In this document: positions 1 to 15,204 of the stretch, in pieces
Numbering within the stretch: position 1 is the first letter of the stretch
How the letters are laid out: each line of letters begins with the position of its first letter
DNA from: Felis catus
Taxonomy: Eukaryota
Assembly (NCBI RefSeq): GCF_018350175.1
Contig: NC_058368.1
Coordinates: forward strand, 197,100,001 to 197,164,000
Reading direction: 5' to 3'
Length of the DNA stretch: 64,000 nucleotides
Program-made: the position numbers and the translations under genes
The notes under the pieces: generated by a model
Database searches by the model: none
What the model was told of the DNA's origin: nothing
The model's input: only the letters and a program-made list of their open reading frames with translations

Positions 1-880
1 TGCAGGATAAAAACATTCTACGGCACCTAATTATATAAAGATCTCCACGGACCAGATTAGAGAGCCATGGGTCCTAGTCTCACTGTCTCTCTGTAGCCTT
101 GGGTAAGTCATTTCTCCACACTGGGGCTCATCTTCAGGGGGCCCAAATATCACAAAGTTTGTCTTTCTCAGACAAGGAAACTGAGGCCCATAGAGAGGAG
201 AATGGGGACAACTTTTGACGCTAATGCTGTTCCACCGGACCTTGGTGTGGAGGAGGAGGCTGATGAGAGAGAAACCAAAGCAGTTTGGTAAGGAAGGGTG
301 AAGGCAGGGGGCTCACAGGGCTCCATTCTTTCCCCTGGAGCTGTGTAGGGGTTCATCTGAGAGGGATACTGATGTCTTGGCCAATAGTGATTGGCTTTTT
401 ACCCCTAAATGATGCAAAGGGATTTTCAGCCAGCTCTGGAGGTGATGGTGTGAACCAGGGTTCACAGGGATGGTTCGAACATTCTTGCTAGGAAGATTCC
501 CCGATCCCACCCTGCTCTTCCCCCAGTGTTCACCATCTACACTGCAGTTGCCGAGGGCATTGACAGGAATAATCACCCTTAATTCCTTTCTTTTCCTCAT
601 CTTCCACATCCTCACCAGGAAATCCTTCGTCTCTACCTCCAAAGCCATCCACTTCAAATCACCCCCACCAAACCTTTCTCATCTCTCATCTAGATGACTA
701 CTTCTGACTGGTCTCTCTTGTCCCCTTATCAGTTCTCACCATTGTTCCAGAACGGTCTTTTAAATACGTAATTCATTCGGTCTTTTAAATACGTAATTCG
801 TCTCCAAAAGTTTTTTGCCCGGAACTTGCCAATGACTTTCAGAATGTTAAAACAAAATTCACAGTTCTTTCCATGGCTTA

Positions 881-1232
881 CAAGGGTCAAAGGGAAGCGA
901 ACTGGCCCACAGGCCATGTCTGGCCCACTGCATGTTTTTGTAGCACCCATCAACTAAGAATGGTTTTCACATTTTTAAATGTTTGGAAAAAAAAAATCAA
1001 AACAATAATGGTTTTTCTTGACGTGTGAAAATTTTATGAATTTCAAACCTCGGTGTCCATAAATAAAGTTTTCCTGGGACACGGCCATGTCCATCGTCTG
1101 TTTACATGTTGTCTGTGGCTACTTTCCTGCTATAACAGCAGAGCTGAGTCATTCTGGAAGAAACTCTGTGGTCCACAGGCTCTCATATATTTACCATCCG
1201 GATCTTTATAGCAAAAGTTTGCCGATATCTAG
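881..1232 (+). mobile_element. MER58B-like hAT-Charlie non-autonomous DNA transposon
   Basis: Resembles remembered consensus (ctaagaatggtttt...gtgtccataaataaagtttt...aaaagtttgccga). Confidence 0.75.
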
Positions 1233-2007
1233 TCTAGATGATCTCGCCTCTGGCTGGTCACTTCTCTAATCTTATGTCCTAATGCTCGGGTGTTTGATTT
1301 TCAAGTCCACAATTTCTTATGCCCAGTTCTGAAATCCAGAAATCCCCGAAACCAAAATTTTTCTAAAGTGTTTGGGTACAAACTCAACTGGTGGCAAAAC
1401 CTGACCTGAACTGATATGAGGCTGTTTATAATCTATTTAGTCTACAGGCGGTGAAGATTCATGTGCCTTGTAAAATTTTTAACGTGTTTGCTTACAGGGG
1501 ACCTCCTGAGAATTTGTTGGAGTTTTTCATCATACTCAGTCTGTGTACCGTATTACCCTTCTAAAATCCAAAAAGTTCTGTAGCACACCTGGCCCCAAGA
1601 TAATCAGACTGTGGGCCAGATCATAGAGGGAGCCCTGGACTTGGAATTGGAAGAGGTGGGTTTGCCGCCCAGCTCTTGCAATGATGCCCTGCATAACCTT
1701 GGACAGGTCTCTTCACTTCCTGATCATCGGTTTCCTCGCCTATGCAACAGGGCCTTTCCTGTCCCCAAACCCACTGGAGGCTCAGAAACCAGAAAACTGA
1801 GCTTGTTAGAACGGTGTGTTAAGAACGAGTCAATAGGGACTGAACGAGATTTGAGGACCTTCTCGGAGCAAACTTCCTGCGTTTAACTGCGTGGATGTGC
1901 TGGCATTTCTCTGCCTTTCTAACTAGATGATGTTTTGGCTTTCGGTGAGGTTCCATCGGAAGGCTGCCCGGTGTCTGAATTTTAATTAGCTGAGCTATTG
2001 CTTGCTA

Positions 2008-2205
<198 letters not shown>

Positions 2206-2544
2206 CTAAAGGACGCAAATAGAATATTTGCAAACATGCAAATAGCGCAAACATGCCAGCACCAAACAGGGTGAGGGGAGGAAGATGCTTGAGGGCCTCG
2301 GAATAAAGGTAATGACGTCTAGAATTACTGAGCCCTCACGATGTACCAGGCATTGCGTGGATTAGCTCCTCTAGCCTTTCCAAACCTATGAAGTAGACGC
2401 TAGTATCAGTCAAACTATTTTACAGATAAGGGAAATGGCAAGGTCGAGTCACTGCCCGAGGTCACATAGCTGGCAAGTGGGAGGGCCAGGATTCAGACCC
2501 CACAGCCCTCTCTCTTAACCTCTGCCCTGCATTCCTTCTCATTT

Positions 2545-2760
2545 TGTTGGTTTGTTTTAATGTTTGTTTATTTTGAGAGAGACTGTGTGCGGGTGCACGT
2601 GTGAGAGTGGGGGAGGGGCAGAGAGAGGGAGAGAGAATCCCGAGCAGGTCCTGTGCTCTCAGCGCAGAGCCCAATGTGGTCTCGATCCTTCGATCTGTGA
2701 GATCATGACCTCAACTGAAATCAAGAGTCAGCCGCCCAACCTACTGAACTGCCCAGGCAG
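2545..2760 (-). mobile_element. Carnivore SINE (older, diverged)
   Basis: Reverse-oriented SINE body (gtgagatcatgacct...aatcaagagtc) with T-rich tail. Confidence 0.85.
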
Positions 2761-2934
2761 GTGGCCCTCGTTCTCATCTTCTAGAGTGCTGTCACCTCTG
2801 AAATCTTCCAGATAGTTGGTTAGTACCTTACTACGATATGGTTCCTTAAGAGTGACATATTAACAGCTGAGCCTGCAGGGAATTGAGAGAAGACTTCTCT
2901 TTATCTCCAAAGACCATCAAAAGGATCAAAAGTA

Positions 2935-3104
2935 GGGGCAGCTGGGTGGCTCAGTCGGTTAAGCGTCCAACTCTTGTTTTTGGCTCAGGTCATGATCTCA
3001 TGGTTGCGGGGTTGGGCCTGTGTCAGGCTCTGTGCGGCCTGCTTAAGCTCCTCTCTCTCTCTCTCTCCCTCCCTCCCTCCCTCCCTCTGTCCCTCCCCTG
3101 TTTG

Positions 3105-3136
<32 letters not shown>

Positions 3137-3165
3137 AAAAAAATAATAAGTAAAAATTTTTTAAA
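2935..3165 (+). mobile_element. Carnivore SINE
   Basis: Head ggggcagctgggtggctcagtcggttaag, (CT)n tract, A tail; target-site duplication (TSD) aaagg(a/c)tcaaaagta. Confidence 0.92.
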
Positions 3166-3605
3166 CAAAGGCTCAAAAGTAGTGGAAAAGCCCCCTGGGA
3201 AGTGAATTTCAGGGCACACTAGTGGGAAGAAGCAGCTGGGATGAGTGAACCACTTCTAGCTCTCCCACCGGGCCTCAGTGAGTTTGTCTTTGTCCTCTGA
3301 GCTCTTCATCTGTAAATGAGGTTGGAAAGTCCCACGGAGAGGAAGCACAGGGGCAGACAGCGTGGCTTCAGACAACAACAGTGAGAATACCGTTCCCAGT
3401 GACAGCTCAGACTTAGACAAGTCTCTGTGCATCTCAATTTCCTTGTCTGAAACCAGGCGTAACATTTACTCATTCGTCAAACATTTGTGGCCCTCCTACT
3501 GTTTTTCAGACTCTGAAGGGCTAAGGCTATAAGGACAAAAGAGCCATAGCCCAATTTTTTTTTAATAAAAATACAATCCCGTGGGGGGAGACAGACATTA
3601 GACAA

Positions 3606-3607
<2 letters not shown>

Positions 3608-3637
<30 letters not shown>
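3608..3637. repeat. (AC)n microsatellite
   Basis: Seen directly. Confidence 0.95.
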
Positions 3638-3638
<1 letters not shown>

Positions 3639-3715
3639 CCATATAATACGTATACGCACATTGTGGTTAAGTGCTATGGGAAAGGATAACAGATGAGCCC
3701 ACTGGTACTTTAGAC

Positions 3716-3915
3716 CAGCGGTTCCTAAATGGGGGCATTTTTGCCCTTCCGGGGGACACTTGGCAATTTCTGGAGACATTTCTGGTTGTCAACTGGGTGT
3801 GGAGCTACTGGTGTCTAGTGGGCAGAGGCTAGGGATGCTTCTAAACATCTTACGATGCATATGGCAGTCCCCTGTAAAAAGAATTACTGGCCCTAAACGT
3901 CAGTAGTGATGGAGA
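3716..3915 (+). mobile_element. MER20 hAT-Charlie MITE
   Basis: cagcggttcctaaatggggg...ggggacacttggcaatttctggagacattt...ctaaacatcttac resembles remembered MER20 consensus. Confidence 0.8.
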
Positions 3916-4547
3916 CCCAGGGCAGCCACGTTCTCCCTGAGGAAGTCTCATTCAGGGTCAGAGTATCTACCTTGCAGGGTTGCCCGGAGCGCTGGAGATA
4001 ATGGATGCAAAGCCCTGAGGACGGCCCCGTACCCTGGGGACCCTGAGAGAGGGCACGTGTACCTGGCTAATACAGGGCTCCGCGTCAGACTTCCTGGATT
4101 GGGAATCCTGTCTCCCACTTAACTGAGTGACCTTGAGTAAGTCATTTGACATTGCTGACCTCAGTTACCTTGTACATCCAATGGCACAAATACACATAGC
4201 ACTACGTCACAGGACTGCTGTGAAGATGATGAGGTCACGCAGGTTCAAATGCTACACTGACCTATGTTACTGTTCAACACAAGTTTGCTCTTATTCAATG
4301 TATCACAGCTATAATTATTAATAACCCAAAGGCTACTTCTAAGATCACACTCAGGATAAAAAGTCAAATGGCAGATAGGCCTGAACTTGCTCCAGGAGCC
4401 CCCTCCCTAGCCGTGCCACCTCCTCTTTGGGATCGGGTCTTCTGGTACCTTCCCTCCGCTTTGAGCCTCCATTTTCCCATCTGTAATTGAGCCTAACTCC
4501 CACCCGCAAAGAATGATCCTGAAGATCTATAGCATGTGAGGGTGTTA

Positions 4548-5565
<1,018 letters not shown>

Positions 5566-5893
5566 TTATAACACAGGGCTTTACATTGACTGGGGGTTCC
5601 ATTTTGCTGCTTATTCAGTCTAAACTAGCAACCCTATATTCGTATCTTTTTCATGCCAGTGGGCCTTACCAGGTTTAAACGTTAGCTCCATTCATTCTTT
5701 GCTCTGGGACAAATAGGAGGCTGCACTGGAGGATTTTCCAGTAATGGTGAATTCTTTCCATTCATTCATTCATTCATCCATCCATCTATTCGGTAAACAC
5801 TTAGCGAGTGCTTACTATGTACCAGGCACTGTTCTTGCCCTTGGGATATGTCAGTGAACAAAACAGGCAATGTTTGCCTTTATGGAGTTCACA

Positions 5894-5895
<2 letters not shown>

Positions 5896-5942
<47 letters not shown>
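5896..5942. repeat. (GT)n microsatellite
   Basis: Seen directly. Confidence 0.95.
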
Positions 5943-5945
<3 letters not shown>

Positions 5946-6101
5946 AGAGAGAATAAACAATACATTAAATTAATAAATAGAATAAATAATCTAATATTAC
6001 AAAGTGATGGGTTACAGAAAAAAAAAAAAGTTGAGCGCAGTAAGGAGGAGAGTTAGCCTGCTCCAAACTCTTGTTTTGACTCTTAGAAAGTTTTGTATAT
6101 T

Positions 6102-6312
6102 GGGGCGCCTGGGTGGCTCAGTCAGTTAAGTGGCCGACTTCAGCTCAGGTCATGATCTCGTGGTTCGTGAGTTCGAGCCCCACGTCGGGCTCTGTGCTGA
6201 CAGCTCGAGCCTGGAGCCTGCTTTGGATTCTGTGTCTCCCTCTCTCTCTCTGCCCCTCCCCCACTCAAGCTCTGTCTCGGTCTCAAAATAAATAAACATT
6301 AAAAAAAAATAA
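6102..6312 (+). mobile_element. SINEC_Fc-type SINE
   Basis: Full body; TSD aaagttttgtatattg. Confidence 0.95.
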
Positions 6313-7179
6313 AAAGTTTTGTATATTGAGACCACACTGCTTTCCTATGCTTCCTTCCACAGATTCTGGTTCCTGGCTCCACAGAAGAAGTCTTAACCTT
6401 TAAGCCAGAAGTTCTCAGTTAGGTTCATGGATTTTTAGGCAATCTAAGGGTGAGCTCTGCGGGCGCATAAGCTCTTGGCTGCTGCAATTGTCTGTAACAC
6501 TGCGAATTGTGGGGTTTTGTTCCCTCCTTATGAAAGGGTCCATAGGTCCCATCAGATTCTCATGGGGCTATGTGACCTTGGATATATTTTATAAAGGACA
6601 AAGACCCTCTGTTCTCTCAAGCACGTGTGTGCAAACCTCAGGCTGAAATTATGCCAAACTACAGCTACAGGGAGAATTCAAAAGAAACGGCGGAAAGTGG
6701 GGTGCAGAGGAGCCTAGAGCAGCCTGAGTCTGCAGGGGTTATGGCCCTGGATTTTCGAAGAGGATCCTGGGAACACGTCTCTGTCCATCAATCCCAGAAC
6801 CAGGGCCAGGGCCAGTGTCTCACACAGCTGGGTGTTCAGCACATCCGTGAATGAGTGAATTAATGTGAGGCTCAAAACGGTATCTCCTATTTCCTTGATT
6901 CTAAGTCACACTCTGTTGTCACATGTTAACATTTCTAAAGTCAGACCAAATTTTGCTACCTTAAGTGTACGCATTTTTGTGATGCGTCTTCATTCCCTTA
7001 CCCCAAATCAGTAAATTGATGGCCCTTAAATAGGCACTTAAACTGATGGCACTTTCATTAGGAAGGATGATGATGATGATGTTGAGGAAGAGGTGGAAGG
7101 AGGATAAGGAGGAGGAAGAATGGGAGGAGAAGCCCACTTGTCCTGGATAACCAGGTGACCTCTGCCATGGGAGGTGTCA

Positions 7180-7620
<441 letters not shown>

Positions 7621-7912
7621 CTAGGAACAGGGCCTTTGGAACGAGGCAGACCGAGGCTTGTGTTCTCTTTTGCCCTTTACTAGTCGTGTGACTTTAGGGC
7701 AAAAGTGAACAGTGGTGTTTTGTGCCATGCCCTGGGCCTTAGTTTCCGCATTTGTAAATGTGGATATTGATCAAATTGGCCTCTTGGCATTGTGCTAAGT
7801 TTTGAATGAGATAGCTCGTGAAAAATACTTAGTTCAGTATCTGGTAGAAGTGCCTAGTAAATGTTAGATGATGGTAAGAAACAAATTTTTGTGATGTATA
7901 ACACACTTTAGC

Positions 7913-8131
7913 TTTTTTTTTTTTTTTTCAACGTTTATTTATTTTTGGGACAGAGAGAGACAGAGCATGAACGGGGGAGGGGCAGAGAGAGAGGGAGACA
8001 CAGAATCGGAAGCAGGCTCCAGGCTCTGAGCCATCAGCCCAGAGCCTGACGCGGGGCTCGAACTCCCGGACCGCGAGATCGTGACCTGGCTGAAGTCAGA
8101 CGCTTAACCGACTGCGCCACCCAGGCGCCCC
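7913..8131 (-). mobile_element. Young SINEC_Fc
   Basis: CpGs intact, pure poly-A; TSD acacactttagcttt. Confidence 0.96.
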
Positions 8132-9074
8132 ACACACTTTAGCTTTAAAAGGGCGTTTTACAGTCAATTCTCAGATATATGTAAGACAAGGAGACAGGTA
8201 CATATAACTCAGATCCATAGAAAATCAAGGAGTTGGGCTAAAGTCAGGCATTGCCCATTTTATTCCTGAAAAATGGGTTGGGGGAGCGAGGGGCCCCAGG
8301 AGTCTGTTGGAGGCTCTACATTATGGTGGACAATAACAAATAATTATGGCAAAAATTTATCGAGCATTTACTATATGCTAAGCCATTGACATGCATTTCC
8401 ATTTAATCTACATAAAAACTTACCATCATTAGCTTTATTTTGTTGTTGGGGAAACTGAGGCACCGAGATGTTAGGTCTCACTGTTAATGATGGCAGAGCC
8501 CAGTTTGAGCCCAAAGGGTCGAACTCCAGGGTCCGTGTCATGCATTTACAGCTCTAGCTGGAGTGATGCCATAGTCTAACCTCTCAGGGGAATTTTTATT
8601 TATTTTTTTGCTTCAGACAGTCACACACAGCCCTTTTAAGTTGGTGGGTGTGGAGTTTGGAGCGATTCCCATGGTTACTAATAATTGGGGGTCTTTTCTC
8701 TCTAGCTCTTGTAGGGATTGCAGTGGTCCCCCAGTGATGCATGCAAAAATCAATTCTTGTCACAATGGCCCTGATCACAAATAAAGCATGGAGGGCAGAG
8801 AAGGGGACCCATACTTCCCTCAACTTGCCAGATACACAATGGCATCCCAGAGGAGTTTTCTCCCAGACTTTTGGATTCGATAGACTGGTAAATAAAAATA
8901 AATGGGTAGACCAGCAAAATGGTGTCAGTGTTGTATCAGATAAGGACCTTAAAGTCCCCAACCACCATCTGTTATTCCCAATATTTTATAAAACAAATAG
9001 TACCTCAACATCTCCAGAGTTGGAAGGACACAAACACAGAGGAAAACAGTCATTTACACTGAACAGATTGAGCA

Positions 9075-9219
9075 ACCTCACAAGAGACCCCAAGCCAGAA
9101 CTGCCTAATGAAGCTCTTCCAGGATTCCTGACCCACGGAAACTGTGACGTGACGCATGTTTACTTTTGGAGCTAGTAAATTTTGGGTAATTTATCACCCA
9201 GTAATCGGTAGCTAATACA
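9075..9219 (+). mobile_element. MLT1 MaLR LTR 3' fragment
   Basis: gattcctgacccacggaaactgtga...ctaataca terminus. Confidence 0.55.
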
Positions 9220-9534
9220 TGACCTTGGGCAAGACCCTTCTCTTTAATGTTCTTCAGCTGTTTCATCTGAGACACATTGTTGGACTAGATCTGTAGTTTG
9301 AGGAGCCCTGTGATTTCACAGTGACGGCTACCAGGCTGCTGCAGGGGCAAAGCGGGGGCCGGCGGGTGGCCCAGCTCCAACCAGAGCAGCTCCCCTTCTA
9401 TATCCCTGATAACCTGGACTTAACTATAACCTTTGATTTGAAGAACCTGTGTTTTGTTATCTTTGTTGTTGTTTTTTAACGTTTTGTGATTTCTTTAGTC
9501 TTACATGCCTATTTCAGTTTACTTTTCCATTTTA

Positions 9535-9910
9535 TTTTCATTTATTTAAAAATTTGTTTTTAAGTTTTATGTATTTAAGTAATCTCTACACCCAACGTGG
9601 GGCTCAAACTCATGACTCCGACATCAAGAGTCACATGCTCTGACTGAGCCAGCCAGGCGCCCCTACTTTTCCATCTTAAAATGGGCAGTCCAGGGGCGCC
9701 TGGAGGCTCAGTCGGTTAAGCGTCCGATTTCAGCTCAGGTTATGATCTCGTGGTTCGTGAGTTTGAGCCCCGTGTCGGGCTCTGTGCTGACAGTTCAGAG
9801 CCTGGAGCCTGCTTTGGATTCTGTGTCTCCCTCTCTCTGTGTCCTTCCCCTGCTCGCGCTCTGTCTCTCTCTCTCTCTCAAAAATAAATAAACATTAAAA
9901 AAAATTAAAA
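9535..9910. mobile_element. Head-to-head SINE pair: short reverse SINE (~9535-9663) and forward SINEC_Fc-type (9692-9910)
   Basis: Two ggggcgcctgg heads facing away from each other, about 30 nt apart. Confidence 0.88.
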
Positions 9911-10969
9911 AGGACATTCCATAAAGGCCCATATTTCCAGTGCCAATGAGAGTAGAGCGTCAGGAATGTTACACAACAACCGTCTGATTGTTCGGTGGGA
10001 AAACTCAAACCCAGAGAGGGGAAGGGACTTTTCCAAAGTTACGCAGTAAATAAACGATCAAGTGGGGAATGGAATATAGCTCTCCTGACCCCCAGAAGAG
10101 ATTGTCTATATTCATGAAATGGAGATCTAATAAAGAAAAGTATTTAAAAAATTAATCTTCAAAAAGCAAGGGATAGAACTTGACTGTGATCAGGTGCAGG
10201 GGGCAGAACTATAAAGCAATAAATAAAAGACTCTTGGAACGTGCTGTCCTACAGGAAGCTGGCCTGCTCATAAATCACACAGGAGCAGAGATCCGTGTTG
10301 GAAATCAAACAGAATTTACCATAGCCTGCCATACTTAGCCTTTATTGTGCTGTGTGGCAATCAGGCAATTCATGGAGCTCCTATGGGGTGCCAGGCAGAG
10401 CCCGGACTAGGACACAGAGGTGAGCCGTGCCTTCCAGGCAGCTGCCTGAAGGGTATTTGGAGGAGTTCATTTCTCCACTTGCTACCCCAGATCAGAAATT
10501 ATAAATTGTTAGCTTTGGAACAGACAGAGCCTGAGGATGAATTTTACACGTGCTTATATGTGCATACACATATAAGAGACGATGGAACGTAAAAACATAT
10601 TTGGCCTTATTTAATGTTAACAATTTTGAAAATTAATTGCTAGTGTTAAGAAATAAGTGGATTTCACATAATGGCTAGATTTCTGGTCTCTTGAATAATC
10701 TGCAAACCTGGGATGGCATGGCTGTATGGGAGCCACCGGCTGGGGCTGGGTAGTGGCCAGCCCTATAGCTGGAGCCTGAGTTCTCCGGCTTCCTGCAGTC
10801 TTCCCCCACCCCATTCCCTAGCGTTTCTCTTCTGAGGCCACTTGCTAGCTGCCCTTCAGCACTTGGCTTGTGCCGTCATTTTTCTTACGGTAGGGTATTT
10901 TCTTATATCTCACTTCACTCATTAATTTGCCTGCCTGACGTCCGGAGGAATCCGATTTGAGACCCCCTA

Positions 10970-11170
<201 letters not shown>

Positions 11171-11424
11171 TCAGGGCCCTCAATGCGGGTGTGTGTTCTG
11201 GTCCAAGTGTGGTGGGTGAGCGTTGCAGGACCTCTGAGATCTAGGTCTTACATTTTTAGACCGGGGCGGGACTCAACAGTTTATAGACTACTTCTACTAG
11301 CATATATCATTTGATCCTCATCCCTTCCTGTTGGGGGCAGCAGAAGGCGCCCTTAAACTGGGATATCTGCTGAGAGGAAATCAGGAAGTCTCAGAGGGCT
11401 GTAGGTGACCATATTTGATTTATC

Positions 11425-11640
11425 TTTTTTTTTTTTTTAACGTTTATTTACTTTTGAGACAGAGAGAGACAGAGCATGAACGGGGGAGGGTCAGAGAGAG
11501 GGAGACACAGAATCTGAAACAGGCTCCAGGCTCTGAGCTGTCAGCACAGAGCCCGATGCGGGGCTCGAACTCACGGACCGCGAGATCATGACCTGAGCTG
11601 AAGTCGGACGTTTAACCGACTGAGCCACCCAGGCGCCCCC
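11425..11640 (-). mobile_element. SINEC_Fc
   Basis: Full body; TSD ccatatttgatttatc. Confidence 0.96.
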
Positions 11641-12868
11641 CATATTTGATTTATCATAGATATTTCTCTCTTCACATCCTTTGGAAGTGTCCCTGAAATT
11701 TTCCGAAAGGGCTAAATATAGAGTTCCCAGGGAAGATAAAAAGTCAGGGATGACGTCAGCCAATGGTGGAAGGAACATAAGTTAATAAACTGGCTATACC
11801 TTTGTGCATGATGAGTATTAAGGGCACTCAGAACCCTGTCAGAGCTCAGGGAACCATGAATGGAATACGATAATAATGTAATATAATAATGATATTGATA
11901 ACAATAGTACTCTTTACTCGGTGTAAGACCTTCCAATGTGTAGGCATGGTGCCCACACAGTATTTCATCTAGTTCTTGCAATGATTCAATCAGGTAGCTT
12001 TTATGTATTCATCTGAAGCCAGCAAGTGAGGACCAGAGAAGTGAAGCCCAAGGTAACCCGGATTCAGCCCTGAGTCCAAAGTTCATGCCCCTAGGTACTA
12101 AGCTGTCTTGCTACTGAGCTCTTGCAGTTGAGGAAGATCTCAAGCTGCATCCACTGGCTCATATGAGTCTGAAGAAAGACCATATAAGTGGAAGGAGGAT
12201 GGCTGGAGAAGTTTCTAGAAAAGGGAGTCACAGAGATGAGAGCTCTGTGTCATCCAGCACCGTCTAGGGCAGGGGTCCTGGCGCGCAGATATGTCTGCTT
12301 TCCTTGGCAGCCGGATCCCCTCTTTCTCCCCTAGCCGTGAGGCCTGACCCGCCCACCGGTGTCTGATCAGAATGTGGCTGTCTGGCTCTCCCGTGGAAGG
12401 AAAAGACACGGGACATGCTGCCAGAAGCAGGGTGGTTCATGTGATGGCTACAGAGGCCTCGCTGTAAACGAACGAGCTGGCCTCTCCTTGATTTAGTGAG
12501 CAAGACAGGGAGAGTCTATCCTGGAAGCCGAAGCCCAGACTGTGGATGTCACAGATGAAAGTCTATGGGAGTGGCCACCCAGTTAGTGCCCCCGCTCCAG
12601 GCCCCACTGAGTCAGCACCATCAGTCTGGAGAGCAGTAAACAGCTGGAGAGCCCAACACCTTGCTCAGACCAGCATAGTGCTTTGCATTATATAGAGTCC
12701 TTTCCTCTTCCTGATCTGGGGAGCTTTCTGCTGCACTACCCAGCCTCCTGGGCCGAGGATTCCTTATCTGGAGCCATGATCTATGGCAAGAAGGGTCCTC
12801 CCTCCCCTTCCAGGCAGCTGCCTGGACAAATGAAAATCATCTGTGAGGCAAAGATAAAAAGACACAGT

Positions 12869-12871
<3 letters not shown>

Positions 12872-12907
<36 letters not shown>
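12872..12907. repeat. (GA)n microsatellite, about 55 nt into intron 14
   Basis: Seen directly. Confidence 0.95.
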
Positions 12908-12910
<3 letters not shown>

Positions 12911-12920
12911 GAGCTGATCA

Positions 12921-13139
<219 letters not shown>

Positions 13140-13656
13140 TTAGTAACCGCAACCGTGGCAGGCAGCACTGGGCGGTTGCTGTATTAAGGCCTCGCAGGCA
13201 GGGACCCACATGATTCTCATAACCACCTGAGAGGCAAGTAATTCATCACCTCCATTCTCTAAGCGAGAAAACAGGATCCAAGCTGGCAAGCAACCGCCCC
13301 AAGCTGTTGCTCATGAGAGTTGAGGCTGGAGCCCGGCTCTTCTGTTACATACACCAGCCCTGAGCCTGCCTGATGCCCGAGGGTGTGAGAACCTATGGTT
13401 CCGTGGCTTAGAGCCGAGCCCAGATCATTACCCCAAAGGGCCTCTGCTCTTCTGCTCGTCCCATCCACAGCTTCCCCTGACCCCGGACCACCTCCGTTAG
13501 CCAGCTCACTCCTGACTGCTGGAAGGCGAAGACACCCCCTCTGACCTCCCAAGGAAGCGGCGTCCTCCTCAGCTCTTCCTCCCTTCCCTCCCACTGCCCA
13601 CGGCTGGGCTCAGAGGCTCTGAGAGGCTGCTGCGGGCTGCGGGGAGCCGGCCCTTA

Positions 13657-13857
<201 letters not shown>

Positions 13858-14831
13858 CTACCTGCTCACTTCAGCCGGACCCATATTTGTATGGTACCTG
13901 CTGTGTTCCCAGTACTTCCGGGTCCAAGGGGAACAGGCCTGCAACACGCATCCAGAAACCCGAGTGGCTCCTTACCTTCTCTTTATTCAGGTTTTGGCTC
14001 TAATGCAACCTCCTCAGAGAAGTCCTCCCTGACCATCTCTCTAAGACACACTGACCGCCGCATCCCCCCCCCCCCCCACTCCCCACTATCTTCAGAGCCA
14101 TTTCAATGTGAAAACAGCATTTGGGCATTCCCTGGGTTTTTTTTCTTAATACTTACTTTTTGCTAGAGGAGGCTGTTTCTCACATAACCCAATCAAAAAT
14201 TTTTTTCTTATAATTGCCAATGTTTTTGTAGCACTGTATACAGGAAAATTGCCAAGAAGTTGCTGTAACCAACCCCCCCCCCCCGGTTAGTTCTCATTTA
14301 AAGAGCGTTATTATGAAATCAACTTGGCACACGACTGCTAAACTTGAATAAAGGAGGCACACTTCTTGCCAGAAAGCTCTGTGTATAATTTAAGGGACAA
14401 AAGAGACCTATCTCACCCTCTCAAAAGTAAAAGTTGAGTGACAGAGGCAATATATCTTAAAATGTAAGAAATGGGTGAGGCAGTGGGTACTGGGCAAAGA
14501 AAACAAGGTCCAGAGGCTGGGTTTTGGTTCTAAGATAAGACCAAGAGGCTAATGACCCCCTTGGAGCCTTGGATAAAGCACCTGGCAGCCCAGGCCTCAG
14601 TTTCCTTGTTTGTACTCTGAGGGAGGAGTTCTTTAATGTTTCCTTCAGCATTAACATTTCAAATCCTAAAAAGCCAAAGGACTGATATGTAGAAGAGAGG
14701 GAGACTCAACGCATCCTACAGGACCTCAGAGAGGAGGGTGAGTGCCAGGGGGTGGGAACAACAGTGAGGGGGTGGGATGAAATCACATTTTCATTCAGCC
14801 ATTTGTTCAACAAATAGCAAAAGAGGCCTTA

Positions 14832-15066
14832 GGGGGCGCCTGGTGGCGCAGTCGGTTAAGCGTCCGACTTCAGCCAGGTCACGATCTCGCGGTCCGGGAG
14901 TTCGAGCCCCGCGTCGGGCTCTGGGCTGATGGCTCAGAGCCTGGAGCCTGTTTCCGATTCTGTGTCTCCCTCTCTCTCTGCCCCTCCCCCGTTCATGCTC
15001 TGTCTCTCTCTGTCCCAAAAATAAATAAACGTTGAAAAAAAAAAAATTAAAAAAAAAAAAAAAAAA
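14832..15066 (+). mobile_element. Young SINEC_Fc
   Basis: Long poly-A; TSD aaaagaggccttag. Confidence 0.96.
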
Positions 15067-15204
15067 GAGGCCTTAGTATGGGCTGGGCATCATGCTGGGT
15101 TCTGGAAAAACAAAAGTAGATGAAGCAGGTATGATTCCTGTCTTCACAGAGCTTCAAGATTTCAACTCAATATGGAGACCATCTTTCTAAAAACACAGCG
15201 GCTT

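Noticed and set aside
753..799. CRISPR-like direct repeats
   Set aside because: Only two units with a 3-nt spacer, in a mammalian context with no cas genes.
1300..1620. Possible old DNA transposon with degenerate terminal inverted repeats
   Set aside because: Too diverged to name or delimit without a repeat library. Many MIR/L2 remnants were left unlisted for the same reason.
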